The position numbers and the translations under genes were made by a program. A stretch of 64,000 nucleotides of DNA from an uncultured bacterium (lineage in GTDB: Bacteria > Oederibacteriota > Oederibacteriia > Oederibacteriales > Oederibacteriaceae): NCBI GenBank assembly GCA_965112635.1, contig OZ218778.1, positions 2,592,001-2,656,000 on the forward strand. The letters are read 5' to 3'. This document shows positions 8,767 to 19,601 of this stretch, one piece after another. The notes beneath the pieces are model-generated. The model was not told the DNA's origin and did not search any database. It worked only from the letters and a program-made list of their open reading frames with translations. Position 1 is the first letter of the stretch, and every line of letters starts with the position of its first letter.

Positions 8767-9753
8767 TTATGGGATAGGCTCGAACTTAACGATCTTCCCG
8801 CTCCCCTGGTTGGCCACAACGATAAAACCCGCCTTATCGACCGCGATCCCCGTGGGAGAAGCCAATGAACCGGTGTTGTTTATTAGTTTACCCAAGATAT
8901 CGCCTTGTTTGCTAAAAAGCCAGAGTACGCTATTTTGCGGGTCCGAAACAACGACCCTGCCATTTCTGTCAATAACCAGGGAAAATGGCACCATTCGCGG
9001 AGTGTCTCCTCTAGCCCTGATCCTCCATTGGCTTACGACATGGCCTTCGCGGTCCATTTTCTGTATCCGGAAATTTCCAGTATCTGCGATATAAATATTC
9101 CCATCTCCATCAACCGTGAGACCTTGCGGATCGGAGAACTGCCCCTTTGAGCTGCCATGTTTACCAAAACGATTGAGGATTTCTCCGTTTAAATTGCACT
9201 TGACGACCCTTCCTTCCCCTGTGTCCGCGACATACAATATCCCCTCCTGAGAATCTAAAAATAACCCGCGGGGATAATAGCTGTCCGGGATCTTATAAGA
9301 CTTGACCATCCTGCCGGGGGCACCATCCAGGGATACAATATAAAGAACGCCTGTTGGAGGATCTAAAAAGGCAACTCTTTTCTCCTTGGTCACTCCGATC
9401 CCTTGGGGCTCCTGCAGGCTTAGTGGAGGCAGTCTGTTGTCCAAGCTTTTGATGAACTTGCCCTTAGGGTCAAAAATCTGCACGCGTTTATTGCCGGAAT
9501 CTGAAATATAGATATTATCTTCATTGTCCAAAGCAAGACCAGATGGCCTGGAAAATTGACCGGCCCCCCGCCCATTGATCCCAAAGCTGGACGATTCCTT
9601 TAAAAGAATGGTGGGCGGTTTTTTCTGGGCATTCATCAGGATAAGCTCTATGACAACTACAGCAACAATGACACAGACGATCAACACTCTCCAGGAAACT
9701 TTTTTCTTCTTTCGGCGATCCTTGCTCTTACGTTTTTTTTTCAAACTGGCCAT
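8767..9753 (-). CDS. NHL-repeat beta-propeller, N-terminal membrane anchor
   Basis: Poly-K/R N-terminus plus TM; repeats GQFSRPSGLALD..IYISDSGNKRVQIF, GQFSDPQGLTVD..IYIADTGNFRIQK. Confidence 0.88.
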   Translation of the reverse strand: MASLKKKRKSKDRRKKKKVSWRVLIVCVIVAVVVIELILMNAQKKPPTILLKESSSFGINGRGAGQFSRPSGLALDNEDNIYISDSGNKRVQIFDPKGKFIKSLDNRLPPLSLQEPQGIGVTKEKRVAFLDPPTGVLYIVSLDGAPGRMVKSYKIPDSYYPRGLFLDSQEGILYVADTGEGRVVKCNLNGEILNRFGKHGSSKGQFSDPQGLTVDGDGNIYIADTGNFRIQKMDREGHVVSQWRIRARGDTPRMVPFSLVIDRNGRVVVSDPQNSVLWLFSKQGDILGKLINNTGSLASPTGIAVDKAGFIVVANQGSGKIVKFEPIP

Positions 9754-9790
9754 GGCCTTCTCCTTACTTTTTTTCTAACTTATGAATCGG

Positions 9791-10768
9791 TTATCTTCTC
9801 GTAAATTTATAAATTTTTTGTGATGCATTATCGACAACAAAACCCTCTTGTTTAGGGCTGAAAAGAACATAGATGGGCCCGTCAAAAGGGTTTTCTTTGG
9901 GGTTTCTGCCCCAAATGCCGATAAACTTCCCCTTGGAATTATAAACCTGGAAACGTCCGGCCCCGGAATCACTGATATAAATAAGGCCCTCTTTATCAAT
10001 GGAAAGGTAAGGCTCTAGAGGGAAAACTCCCTTGAAATTCTTATAACCAAATTGCATCAAAAAATTCCCGTCACCGTCAAATTCTTGGACACGGTGATTT
10101 TCCATATCGGCAACAAACACATGCTCCTCATTATCTAAAGCAATACCTACGGGCTCTCTAAATTGTCCTTTTCTCCTACCATTGCCACCCCATTGGCGTA
10201 CAACCGCCCCCGTTGAATCAAATTTAACAATCTGATGGTTACCCGTGTCCGTGATAAAAAAGTCTCCGTTCTGGGCAACGGCGATGCATCTAGGTCCATA
10301 AAAAGAAAAGGCCTTTGGCTTGATGACCTTCAGTAATTGACCGCTGGTATCAAGGCGCTTGACGGCTTCATTCCAGGTGTCCACGACATAAACCCATCCC
10401 CTATTCAGGTCAACAGCCAGGCCGAAAGGCTGGTTAAACTGCGCTTTCCCTTTTCCAGCCGTTCCCCAAGCAGCCATCCACTCCCCGGCCGCCGAGAATT
10501 TTTGGACTCGGTTGTTGTCGCGATCCATCACATACAGGCATCCTGACTTGTCCAAGCCGATCTGGCGAGGTTGGTTAAACTGCCCATGCCCCTTGCCTGT
10601 TCCGCCTATGGTATTGATCAAAACCCAATCCTGATTCAGGGAAGGCAACGGCTTTTCTTTAAAAAACTTCCACACCAAAATCCCGACCGCCACCAGAATA
10701 ATCAGCCAAATCAATGCCTTAAAAACATTGTTCCCCTTTTTTCTTTTTCTCTTTTTTGGCTTGGCCAT
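9791..10768 (-). CDS. NHL-repeat beta-propeller, N-terminal membrane anchor
   Basis: MAKPKKRKRKK plus TM; GQFNQPRQIGLD, FYGPRCIAV..DTGNHQI, GQFREPVGIALD..DMENHRVQ. Confidence 0.88.
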   Translation of the reverse strand: MAKPKKRKRKKGNNVFKALIWLIILVAVGILVWKFFKEKPLPSLNQDWVLINTIGGTGKGHGQFNQPRQIGLDKSGCLYVMDRDNNRVQKFSAAGEWMAAWGTAGKGKAQFNQPFGLAVDLNRGWVYVVDTWNEAVKRLDTSGQLLKVIKPKAFSFYGPRCIAVAQNGDFFITDTGNHQIVKFDSTGAVVRQWGGNGRRKGQFREPVGIALDNEEHVFVADMENHRVQEFDGDGNFLMQFGYKNFKGVFPLEPYLSIDKEGLIYISDSGAGRFQVYNSKGKFIGIWGRNPKENPFDGPIYVLFSPKQEGFVVDNASQKIYKFTRR

Positions 10769-10802
10769 TAAAAACATCCCCTTCTAGAAAATCGGCTAAA
10801 TC

Positions 10803-11774
10803 TTATCTTATAAATTTCTGAATACGGTTATTTCCATCAGCCACAAAAATATTTCCGCTCGGGTCTGAGGCAATCCCTGTTGGAGCATTAAAAGCGGGGT
10901 TCCCGCTGGAATCCCTCTTCCATTCTCCCACATAAGCGCCGACGTCCGTATAAACGAATAACTCATTACCTATAGGATCGCTGACGTAGATCTTACCGCT
11001 TTGGTCAGAAGCAACAAACCCAACAACAGTTATTCTAAGTTGATTCCATCCGTCTATGGGCCATCGATTGATAAAATCTCCGTCCAAGGAGAACTTTTTT
11101 ATGGCCCTATTATGGGTATCCGCGACAAAAATTAAGCCTTTTTCATCAACAGTGATGCCCACGGGCTCGTTAAACTCATCGTTATTGGCTCCTTTTTGGC
11201 CCCACATCTTAATCAACTTCCCGTTGTTAGTAAATTTCTGTATGCGATGATTGCCTGTATCCGTGACATACACATTTCCCCCGGCATCAACTGCGATGCC
11301 CCGAGGGCCAAAAAACTCGCCCGGCCCGATACCGATTCCCCAACCCTTGGATCCCCACCAGGTGACGAATTGGCCGTTTTTCGAGATCTTCTGAACGCGA
11401 TGATTCCAGGTATCGGCAACGAAAATGTTCCCGCTTTTATCGATTGCCAGGTCGTCGGGCGAATCAAACTCCAATTTCCCTTTTCCCTTTTTGCCTATTG
11501 ACAGAAGCAGTTTCCCGTCCGAACTGAATTTCTGAATGCGATGATTCTCCCTGTCTGCTTCCCACAATGCGTTATCCGGAGCCAAAGCAAGTCCCTCCGG
11601 AGAATTCAATTGTCCCGCCTTTTTGCCCAGCGCACCCCATTCACTGATCTTTTGGAAGGACACATAAAGCTTGTTCTCATGACCCGTAAAAGTGATCATC
11701 AACATCATAATTAAAATGACCAGGCCGAGAACAGCCATTGCAATATACTCATTAAGGACCGACCGGTTTTGCAT
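10803..11774 (-). CDS. NHL-repeat beta-propeller, N-terminal membrane anchor
   Basis: TM then ADTWNHRVQK, FFGPRGIAVD..TDTGNHRIQKF, FNEPVGITVD repeats. Confidence 0.9.
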   Translation of the reverse strand: MQNRSVLNEYIAMAVLGLVILIMMLMITFTGHENKLYVSFQKISEWGALGKKAGQLNSPEGLALAPDNALWEADRENHRIQKFSSDGKLLLSIGKKGKGKLEFDSPDDLAIDKSGNIFVADTWNHRVQKISKNGQFVTWWGSKGWGIGIGPGEFFGPRGIAVDAGGNVYVTDTGNHRIQKFTNNGKLIKMWGQKGANNDEFNEPVGITVDEKGLIFVADTHNRAIKKFSLDGDFINRWPIDGWNQLRITVVGFVASDQSGKIYVSDPIGNELFVYTDVGAYVGEWKRDSSGNPAFNAPTGIASDPSGNIFVADGNNRIQKFIR

Positions 11775-11814
11775 AGGAACCTAAGTCTCCCCTATTGATG
11801 TTATATATCCTGCA

Positions 11815-14325
11815 TTACCTCAACTTATAGATCGTGACGCCGAAATTTTCATAAGCAACATCCATAAAGTCCCTGAATTTAGCCAGACCGCCACCATCAT
11901 AAGGTCCTTTTTTAGGCGTCCCGTTCCTTTCCAGCGTTCCTACATAGACATACTGGACATCATATTTCGCAAGAAGCTGGCGGGCGGTTTGGGAGTCATG
12001 GGTATTATAAATATTGTCGATATCATTGATCCTTTTCCCCTGCTCATCCCAGGAACCTCTCCATTGCAGTTCATGGCCAGGCCATCCCAATACCGCAGGA
12101 AATCCGGTGACCGTGGAAACCCTGGCGTAATCGGTATACTCATCTCCCCATGCCTCAAGAATGACAGGAGGATTGGGGACCGGCTTGATGTTCTTTTCAA
12201 TCCAATCGATAGCGTCATAATCAGCAGGATAGTTCGCCTTCAAATAGGCAATGCCATCCAGAGTAGGATGAGGGGCATTAAACCCGTTACTTTTGTTATA
12301 GGTTGCTGTTATCGGGTAAAGTATTCCAAAAAAAAGCATAAGAAACAGGCAGGCAGACCAAAGATATTTAAAAAAAGAACCTTTTAAGCGCCAGGCCTGT
12401 TCAAGAACGTAATATATTCCATAAGTAGCACCTATGGCCCAAAGCACCCAGGTCTGATAATAAAATTTAAAAACAGTATTCATACGGGACAGTTCGCCGC
12501 CGCCGAATGTATCATTGATATGAATGAATTCACAACCCAGGGTCAATAAAGCGCCCATCCCCAGCAGAACCCAAACAAAACCCTCCTCCCTGGTGTAATA
12601 TCTGCAAAGGACTAAAAAGACCGAAAAGAATAAGATGAAACAGAGCAAAAAAGTCGTGGTCAGCTGGATCCAGGAAAGGATGACCAGAAGGATAATGATA
12701 ACAATGGCCGTGACCAAGCCAGACCCACCATTTAATATAGGAAGGGCCTGGAATCTCAACCAGGCCTGCTGAAAAGTTTTCACGGGCTCCAACAAAACGA
12801 CCTTGGGCTCTATGTGTTGGGGCAGCTCCGCGCCACATTGGCCGCAGAATCCCTTCCCTTCTTTGGCCTTGGCTCCGCACGCAGGGCAGTAGAATACGGA
12901 ATGCCTTTTTGACTGAATATTCGCTCCCTGGGTCCTCCAGTCCTGGAGTAGCTGGATCCATTTCATGAGGAACATCGCCCCCATGACCCAAAGAAAGATC
13001 CCAAATATTATAATAAAATGGTGGAATCGGGTCCTCTCAGTAACAATCCCCAGACCTTTGGCTTGGGAATGAAAATTGATATAAAAGGGGAGATAAAGCA
13101 ATATACTCAACATCGCAATGACCCCTGCGGCAATGATCCATTCAATCAGAACCTTTTTGCCCAAACTCTTCTCGTTAAAATAAGCCTTTAATAAAAGACA
13201 GACCAGCAAAATACCTAAATAGGTCGGGAAGTCCCACGAATTTAAAAAACCCAAGGAACCAGCGGCAATAACCAACACAGCCAAGGTGACTATGCTTTCC
13301 AACCCTGCGTCTAAAAAAGCAAATCCTTTATGCGTATCTTTAACGATATTAAGGGATAACGCCAACATCAAAAAAACAAAAGGTAGCGCCATGACATGGG
13401 GATGCATATCAGCCATTAAAAAACTGAAGAAGGGAAATTCGTTGATGGTATGGGTGACCACGCGCGTCGACCGCCACCACCACCAATTCTCTTCAGGGAT
13501 GAAACCTTGGGATAAATGCAATAAAGGCTGGTACATGGCATTGGCAGCCTCTTTGACCCCTTCCTTGCCGGGTTCCCACCAGCTATCCCAGCCTAAATGC
13601 AACCATCTCCAAAATCCTTCCGGGAACATACCATGCGCATAAGCGATCTCCAGGATTCCCTCTAGGTTGCCTATCACCGCGACCAACACAAGTCCCACAA
13701 CAGCAAAAATGTATTTTTTAGTCATATTATAACTAAGGGTAAATGCGGCCAAAGCGGTCAAAGCAAAGAAAGTGGCAATGGCAATATTAAAAGCCTCGGC
13801 CGAAGGTATTCCCGACAATTTGTTAACAACAGAAACAATCAGATATCCGAAATAATAGTAGCTAATATAGAACCTTGGTCCGGCCATCCAAGGATCATGC
13901 GGGGGAAAATTGGGGCTGACATTAATGGCATTTAAAAAAGCAAAATCCATGGGTTTTTCTGTAGAGGCAATGGCAGGATCATGCATCCGGACAAAACAGA
14001 ACATCAATAAAAGAGCAGCAAAGAGAAGCTCGACGATCGCTATATACTTGGCTTTGTTGTGTAAGAAGCTCCAAAAAGCTTCGGTTTCTTTCCTGTATCT
14101 CCAGAAGGAAAAGCCGCCCACGATGCATAATGACAAGATCACGGTCATTTCCTTATAAAACACTAACCCCACGATCCAGGAAAGATACCCCACTAGAAGG
14201 AGCCCTAGGATCTTTGAATAGAAATATCCCCTATCCTCGAGATTTCTAAAGATATAGAAGGTCAACGGCAAGGCCACTAATCCAATAATCTCCAAAGCAA
14301 ACCACCAAAATATTATAGAAAGCAC
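11815..14325 (-). CDS. DUF2298 / Chlor_Arch_YYY integral membrane protein (putative GT-C fold) with inserted zinc ribbon
   Basis: EKPMDFAFLN, PPHDPW, SYYYFGY, INEFPFFSFL.ADMHPH, NSWDFP, RMNTVFKFYYQ, GWPGHELQWR, VYVGTLER; CPAC..CGQC insert. Confidence 0.85.
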   Translation of the reverse strand: MLSIIFWWFALEIIGLVALPLTFYIFRNLEDRGYFYSKILGLLLVGYLSWIVGLVFYKEMTVILSLCIVGGFSFWRYRKETEAFWSFLHNKAKYIAIVELLFAALLLMFCFVRMHDPAIASTEKPMDFAFLNAINVSPNFPPHDPWMAGPRFYISYYYFGYLIVSVVNKLSGIPSAEAFNIAIATFFALTALAAFTLSYNMTKKYIFAVVGLVLVAVIGNLEGILEIAYAHGMFPEGFWRWLHLGWDSWWEPGKEGVKEAANAMYQPLLHLSQGFIPEENWWWWRSTRVVTHTINEFPFFSFLMADMHPHVMALPFVFLMLALSLNIVKDTHKGFAFLDAGLESIVTLAVLVIAAGSLGFLNSWDFPTYLGILLVCLLLKAYFNEKSLGKKVLIEWIIAAGVIAMLSILLYLPFYINFHSQAKGLGIVTERTRFHHFIIIFGIFLWVMGAMFLMKWIQLLQDWRTQGANIQSKRHSVFYCPACGAKAKEGKGFCGQCGAELPQHIEPKVVLLEPVKTFQQAWLRFQALPILNGGSGLVTAIVIIILLVILSWIQLTTTFLLCFILFFSVFLVLCRYYTREEGFVWVLLGMGALLTLGCEFIHINDTFGGGELSRMNTVFKFYYQTWVLWAIGATYGIYYVLEQAWRLKGSFFKYLWSACLFLMLFFGILYPITATYNKSNGFNAPHPTLDGIAYLKANYPADYDAIDWIEKNIKPVPNPPVILEAWGDEYTDYARVSTVTGFPAVLGWPGHELQWRGSWDEQGKRINDIDNIYNTHDSQTARQLLAKYDVQYVYVGTLERNGTPKKGPYDGGGLAKFRDFMDVAYENFGVTIYKLR

Positions 14326-14341
14326 CAGAATCCTCCAAATC

Positions 14342-15082
14342 TCACGAATAATATCCTAAGATATCATAAAATCTTATTCTAATGAGGTCTAAAACCATCT
14401 GAACCCCATCTTTCAAATAATGTACTTTAGTCCCAGCCGAATAGAACCAGGAAACAGGCAGTTCCTTAATAGACCAATTCCTTTTCTGGGCTATGTAAAG
14501 CAGCTCTACATCAAAACCAAAACGCCTGATCCTTTGCCTGACAAAAATATCCCTGGCAGCCTCCCGGCTGAAAAGTTTGAAACCGCACTGGGTGTCATGG
14601 ATGCCCTGTACGGCCAGAACCATCACCACTTTATTGAATATAAATCTAATAAAAGCTCTATACCAGGGCTGCCGAATCACCTGCTCTTCTTTAGCCAAAA
14701 CCCTGGACCCAATAACAATCCCCAATTTTTCTTTTTGTAACACCTTGAGCATCCTAGTTAATTCATTAATGGGAGTAGATAGATCGGCATCGGAAAAAAG
14801 GCAATATTTCCCCGTGGCGGCCAACATGCCCTTTTTTACAGCGCTCCCCTTCCCCAGGTTTCTTCCGTTAGTGAGGCATTTGACTGACCTGTCTTGCTTG
14901 GCCAGCCTCATTACTTTTGACACAGTTGCATCCCGACTGCCATCATCAACAACCATTATTTCAAACTTTTTGATCGTTTTTTTTAGATAATTCAAAATCA
15001 GCTGCACTGTTCTCTCGATGCGCTCTTCTTCATTATAGGCAGGAATAATAACGGAAAGACAAATTGGGCTTGAAGAAAGCAA
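14342..15082 (-). CDS. GT2 polyprenyl/dolichyl-phosphate hexose synthase (DPM/DPG-like)
   Basis: SVIIPAYNEE, VDDGSRD, GKGSAV, DADLS, DTQCGFKLF, FGFDVELL. Confidence 0.9.
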   Translation of the reverse strand: MLSSSPICLSVIIPAYNEEERIERTVQLILNYLKKTIKKFEIMVVDDGSRDATVSKVMRLAKQDRSVKCLTNGRNLGKGSAVKKGMLAATGKYCLFSDADLSTPINELTRMLKVLQKEKLGIVIGSRVLAKEEQVIRQPWYRAFIRFIFNKVVMVLAVQGIHDTQCGFKLFSREAARDIFVRQRIRRFGFDVELLYIAQKRNWSIKELPVSWFYSAGTKVHYLKDGVQMVLDLIRIRFYDILGYYS

Positions 15083-15083
15083 A

Positions 15084-18000
15084 TTACCCCCTAATCCGAT
15101 AAATGATCACTCCTGGATTTTGGTAAATGACGTCCATGAATTTCGCGAATTTATCCAACGCTGCTCGGGGATAATGCTCACGCTCTAAGTCTCCCACATA
15201 AACCAGCTGGATGCTGTAGTCTTTCATCAATTGCAGGGTCTGGGTAATGTCCAATGAGCTATAAATAAGGTCGGCGTCGCTCTCCCTCTTATTCAATATG
15301 TTCTGGTCTTGCCAGGAATATTCTGGCTTATACCAAGCCCTCATCTGCCTCTCCTGGCCTTTCCACCCTAAAAATGAGGGAAGGCCGGTGAAAGAAGCAA
15401 CGCGAGTATTCCAACGGCCGTAGGTCTCCCCATCAATACCAACTCTCTCCAAAATAATCTCATTTCTATCCTGTTTGGCATTAAGCCAAGCCAAGGCCTG
15501 GTATTCATTGGGTTTGCGCTGCTCAATATAAGCTATCCCATCGAGAGTCAAGGGAGGCCTGCCATTTAAACTATAGCACAGGAAGAACTTGGTATAAGTG
15601 GCAATCACTGGATAGAGACAGCACGCCAACAAACAAAAACCACAAACACCTGCCCAAATAAAGGCTGTAATTTTATTGCGCTTTATCAATATAATTAAGG
15701 GAACTAATAGCACAAATACAATGAGAAGGAACCAACTGTAGTCCACGAAAAACCAGTAATAGGCGATGGTGCAAAGGAGAAAACCAACTATGCTCGCGGC
15801 TAGGACCAATTTATTTAATATTTTTTTCCAAACCACGAATAGCCAGGGCTTTAGAATAGCCACTAATCTCGCGAAGAAATAGGCTGAGGCAATTCCCCAC
15901 AATACCCATACTTGAATATAGAATTTAAACATTGTGTTCATACGATCATCCTGGCCCATAAAATCAACCACATGGATGATCTCACAGCCTGCCGTGATAC
16001 AAAGACCGACAAAGGTCAAAACCAACGCAAAACTATCCGCACTACTGACATTCTTCTTTAATAAAGTAATGAGCGCATAGATTGATAATAAGAACAAAAA
16101 ACCAAAAGTGCCCAGATTGAAAAACGTCAAAAGGCACAGACCTATTAAGAGCCAAAATATCAGCGGCGGCCTGGAAACGAAAGATGTCAGAAGGTTTGAT
16201 ATTCTTTTTATTAAGTTTTTTCCCCTCGCTTTCCGCAGCCACTTGTCCGCCATAGGTTTCCTGCTCAAGACTAGAAATGAAAGGATGATAAAAACTGGTG
16301 ATCCAAAAATCGTCAAAAAACTTTTTATTTCAGTAAAAGATTTTACCGGCCAGATATTTGAACTGGGCGGCTGGAAATAATAAAGGAATGGCCACATTGA
16401 TAAAAGGCTCAGGAAAACCAAAGAAACAGAGGTTATGATAAAAGGAACCAAGAAGTTTTGCCCTGGTTTTGGTCTAAAATAAAAGATCAAGCCTAAAGTC
16501 ATCAGGGAAACCATCAGGCACACCGGATAGTTCCAAGTATTGATCCCGACTAGAGCGCCTACTGTAATTGAAAGAAACAACAGACTGAACCACTTTGTCC
16601 ATCCTTTGCCTAAGATCTCCAGACCATTTTCGGAGCTCTTAAAGAAACTGAGGCATATCCCCAGGGGTAAAATGGAAAAAGGAATGGCGATATTGTGGGC
16701 GTGAAGATCGCCGTAAATAAAACTAAAATATGGGAACTCGCTGATGACATCCGGCGGGATCAATCGTGTCGAATCCCAGATATATTGGAATTGTCTGGCA
16801 CTATCGATAAACGTAGTAAAAACTTGGGACAAGGAAACAAACGGTATGGACCAGTCAAAATTGGACAAGGCCTTGATGAGTGGTTCCATAAAATAAAGAA
16901 AACCGTATAAATTCCCAAATAAAGCCACCATGCTTCCGGCTAATAAACCTGCCCAAATTTTGAAAGACATGTTATAGACAATACTGAAACATCCGATGTA
17001 GGTTAACGCGAAGATTAAAGCCAATGATAAATTGTAGGCAATGGATGGGGCCACCCCTAATATCTTGGCCAAGGTCGCCATGATCAACTGTCCCCAATAA
17101 TAATAGTTCAAATGACCTCCCCCCAACCAGGGATCAAAAGGAGGAAAGGTGGCGCATCTCATAATGCCGCTTAGGAAAGTGATGCCCATCGGCTCACCAC
17201 CCCCATTGTAACCTTGGCCATTGGGATCGTGGATGTTGGGGGTGAACATCTTAAAGATAGAGAAAAAAGCAAAAACAAGGAGAAATATTATTTCCTCAGA
17301 AATAAGAATCCGATACTTTTGTTTTCCAAAGGAGACTATCTCTTTTTGATTCTTCCAGAAAAGGAGCAAACTAATAGCCATAAGAATAATGAGTGAACCT
17401 AATACGCCAAATTGTGAAAAAGAAAAAATATTTAGGTTAACAAGAAGCCAATTAAGATAGGCAAGCAGGAAAATTCCGGCGATCTTGGATAAACCATATC
17501 CTGCGTCGGGCAAAAAACGGAAGGTCATAAAACAAATTGGGAAAGCGATCAAGGTACAAATTAAGACCAATAAATACCAAGCCACCGACGGAACACCGCC
17601 CAATATTGGCGTCGATGCGCGACGACTTGCCCCTATATTCCTATTTTGCGGGAGCTTTTCATTTGCAGCCAAGACCTGGGAAAGACCGCGGCCCTTAATT
17701 TGTCGTACAATTTCGTTATAATTACTATTCTTTTCACTCAGACTGGCCACGGTCTGCTCAATTTTTTGCTGTAAACGTTTTTGTAGTTCCTCTCTAGGCA
17801 GGTTCTCTGTTTTCTGGAAAAGATAAACATGGGGATGATCATAAAGCGTAAAACTTTCATCTGCGTAATCATCGTTAAAAACAAGACCGGCTATATGCGG
17901 ATAAGACGAAAAATCCTTAACCATCTTGTAACCTAACTGCTCCTCAAACATAAGTTTGTAATAGCAATAATTGACCGGATATCTCTCAGGTATCCGTTGG

Positions 18001-19592
18001 TATGTGCCATAAGCCCTTTTATCTGCCATGAAAATGTAATCACACTGTTGCAAATGATTGAGAATCATTTCAATTTTTTGGTTATTGTCATATTCAGGAA
18101 CCGCAAATTTTCTATTATCATATTCAGTGATACTTCTTCCTTCTGAAGGAACTGGCAAGTCATCTCCCCACTCTTCATTTAAAATGACTGTACGATGGGG
18201 TGTTTTTTGGCCTGGTTGCACTAACGAAGTTGGGATATTTTTATAAATCCAACGAGATGCCTCTATCCAAGGATGATCTTGCCTATAAATACTTGTAAAA
18301 GCCACTGCATAAAAGAAATTTAGGATGCCAATAATTACAAGTAAAGGTATTGGAATTTTCTGAAGAAAACCTTTAGGCAAAGCCTTTTTGATTTCAAAGA
18401 TAAAATAAACACCCATCAGACAGAACGCGGGAATCATAGGAAGGAGATATCTATTAAACTTGGCAAACGAAAAACCAACTATGCCAAAATAAAAAATAGT
18501 CCAGCTTGCCAATAAGACCAGAACTTTAGAGGATGAAAATTTAAATAGCGACTTATAAATAGAATATATCCATCCCGCCAGCAATAACAAGCCCAAAGGC
18601 CACCCAACTGCATAGCGGACCATGTTATTTATATAATAGAGAATAGGTGTTGTGTGGAAAAACTGCCTAGTATAGGGAACATCAGAAATACCTGAGACTA
18701 GAATGCGACCCTGTTCTTCATTATTACTTCTAAATTTGTCTATATCCAACAAAGAATAAGGCATTGCTATAAAAAATATAATTCCTGCAGTGATAATAAG
18801 AAGAAGCAATTTGCCCCATAATATATTCCTCGCCGTTTTACTTTTAACCTTCATGAAATGAATAAAGTGAGCTAAAAGTAGCACTAAAGCAAGTGGCAAG
18901 GCGCTTGTTTTGCAAGCCAAAGAAAGACCAAAAAATATTCCAGCAAAAATATACGAACTCGCATGTCCCCAAAGTAGAATTCCGGCAGCCGAAAATAAAC
19001 ATAAAACAACAAAAAATGTCAAAAATGTATCGACGGCAAAGAAATGGGAAAGCTGGATAGGTAAAACAGTGAAAGCATAAAGAAGGGTAGCGAATAACCC
19101 GATCTTTTTGTTAAATAATCTAGCTCCCAAAAAGAATAACATCACTATTGTTCCAAGATCAAAACACGCCGATAACAAACGGCCCATAATAATATTCACG
19201 CGCCCCATATCGATGTTGTGAAGAACTCCCGAGGCCTGCAACCAAATCAACCCCTCTCGGAGCGTACCTTGTATATAAAGGGGCAAAGAGCCGTACTGCA
19301 GCCCTTGTGGTTCTTGGGGATAACAAACAGAGGTTTGAGGATCTAAAAGATAACGTTCGTCGGGATGAAACTGATGATAATCGTCCCAGCTGAATCGGTA
19401 GAATCGAAAAGAACCTGCCAGGACAAGAATAATGACCAATGGGACAAAATAAGGATTAGTCGTCATTCGTCTGATGGTCTGGCCAAAGCCTGCAAAGCCA
19501 TTTAAAAATTTAAAATTAAGCAAATCAAAAGGATTTATATAATCCCAAGACGATTTGATAAAAGATTTGATATTTTTTGTTTTATTCGCCAC
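15084..19592 (-). CDS. 1502-aa fusion: N-terminal PMT_2/ArnT-like GT-C plus C-terminal DUF2298 (YYY) domain
   Basis: N-half FHPDER, YGSLP, GRLLSA.FD, IQLSHFFAVD, PYTRQF, RYLLP, DESFTLYDHP; C-half GGEPM, PPFDPW, NYYYWGQ, ISEFPYFSF..DLHAH, RMNTMFKFY. Confidence 0.85.
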   Translation of the reverse strand: MANKTKNIKSFIKSSWDYINPFDLLNFKFLNGFAGFGQTIRRMTTNPYFVPLVIILVLAGSFRFYRFSWDDYHQFHPDERYLLDPQTSVCYPQEPQGLQYGSLPLYIQGTLREGLIWLQASGVLHNIDMGRVNIIMGRLLSACFDLGTIVMLFFLGARLFNKKIGLFATLLYAFTVLPIQLSHFFAVDTFLTFFVVLCLFSAAGILLWGHASSYIFAGIFFGLSLACKTSALPLALVLLLAHFIHFMKVKSKTARNILWGKLLLLIITAGIIFFIAMPYSLLDIDKFRSNNEEQGRILVSGISDVPYTRQFFHTTPILYYINNMVRYAVGWPLGLLLLAGWIYSIYKSLFKFSSSKVLVLLASWTIFYFGIVGFSFAKFNRYLLPMIPAFCLMGVYFIFEIKKALPKGFLQKIPIPLLVIIGILNFFYAVAFTSIYRQDHPWIEASRWIYKNIPTSLVQPGQKTPHRTVILNEEWGDDLPVPSEGRSITEYDNRKFAVPEYDNNQKIEMILNHLQQCDYIFMADKRAYGTYQRIPERYPVNYCYYKLMFEEQLGYKMVKDFSSYPHIAGLVFNDDYADESFTLYDHPHVYLFQKTENLPREELQKRLQQKIEQTVASLSEKNSNYNEIVRQIKGRGLSQVLAANEKLPQNRNIGASRRASTPILGGVPSVAWYLLVLICTLIAFPICFMTFRFLPDAGYGLSKIAGIFLLAYLNWLLVNLNIFSFSQFGVLGSLIILMAISLLLFWKNQKEIVSFGKQKYRILISEEIIFLLVFAFFSIFKMFTPNIHDPNGQGYNGGGEPMGITFLSGIMRCATFPPFDPWLGGGHLNYYYWGQLIMATLAKILGVAPSIAYNLSLALIFALTYIGCFSIVYNMSFKIWAGLLAGSMVALFGNLYGFLYFMEPLIKALSNFDWSIPFVSLSQVFTTFIDSARQFQYIWDSTRLIPPDVISEFPYFSFIYGDLHAHNIAIPFSILPLGICLSFFKSSENGLEILGKGWTKWFSLLFLSITVGALVGINTWNYPVCLMVSLMTLGLIFYFRPKPGQNFLVPFIITSVSLVFLSLLSMWPFLYYFQPPSSNIWPVKSFTEIKSFLTIFGSPVFIILSFLVLSRKPMADKWLRKARGKNLIKRISNLLTSFVSRPPLIFWLLIGLCLLTFFNLGTFGFLFLLSIYALITLLKKNVSSADSFALVLTFVGLCITAGCEIIHVVDFMGQDDRMNTMFKFYIQVWVLWGIASAYFFARLVAILKPWLFVVWKKILNKLVLAASIVGFLLCTIAYYWFFVDYSWFLLIVFVLLVPLIILIKRNKITAFIWAGVCGFCLLACCLYPVIATYTKFFLCYSLNGRPPLTLDGIAYIEQRKPNEYQALAWLNAKQDRNEIILERVGIDGETYGRWNTRVASFTGLPSFLGWKGQERQMRAWYKPEYSWQDQNILNKRESDADLIYSSLDITQTLQLMKDYSIQLVYVGDLEREHYPRAALDKFAKFMDVIYQNPGVIIYRIRG

Positions 19593-19601
19593 GTCTGCGA
19601 C

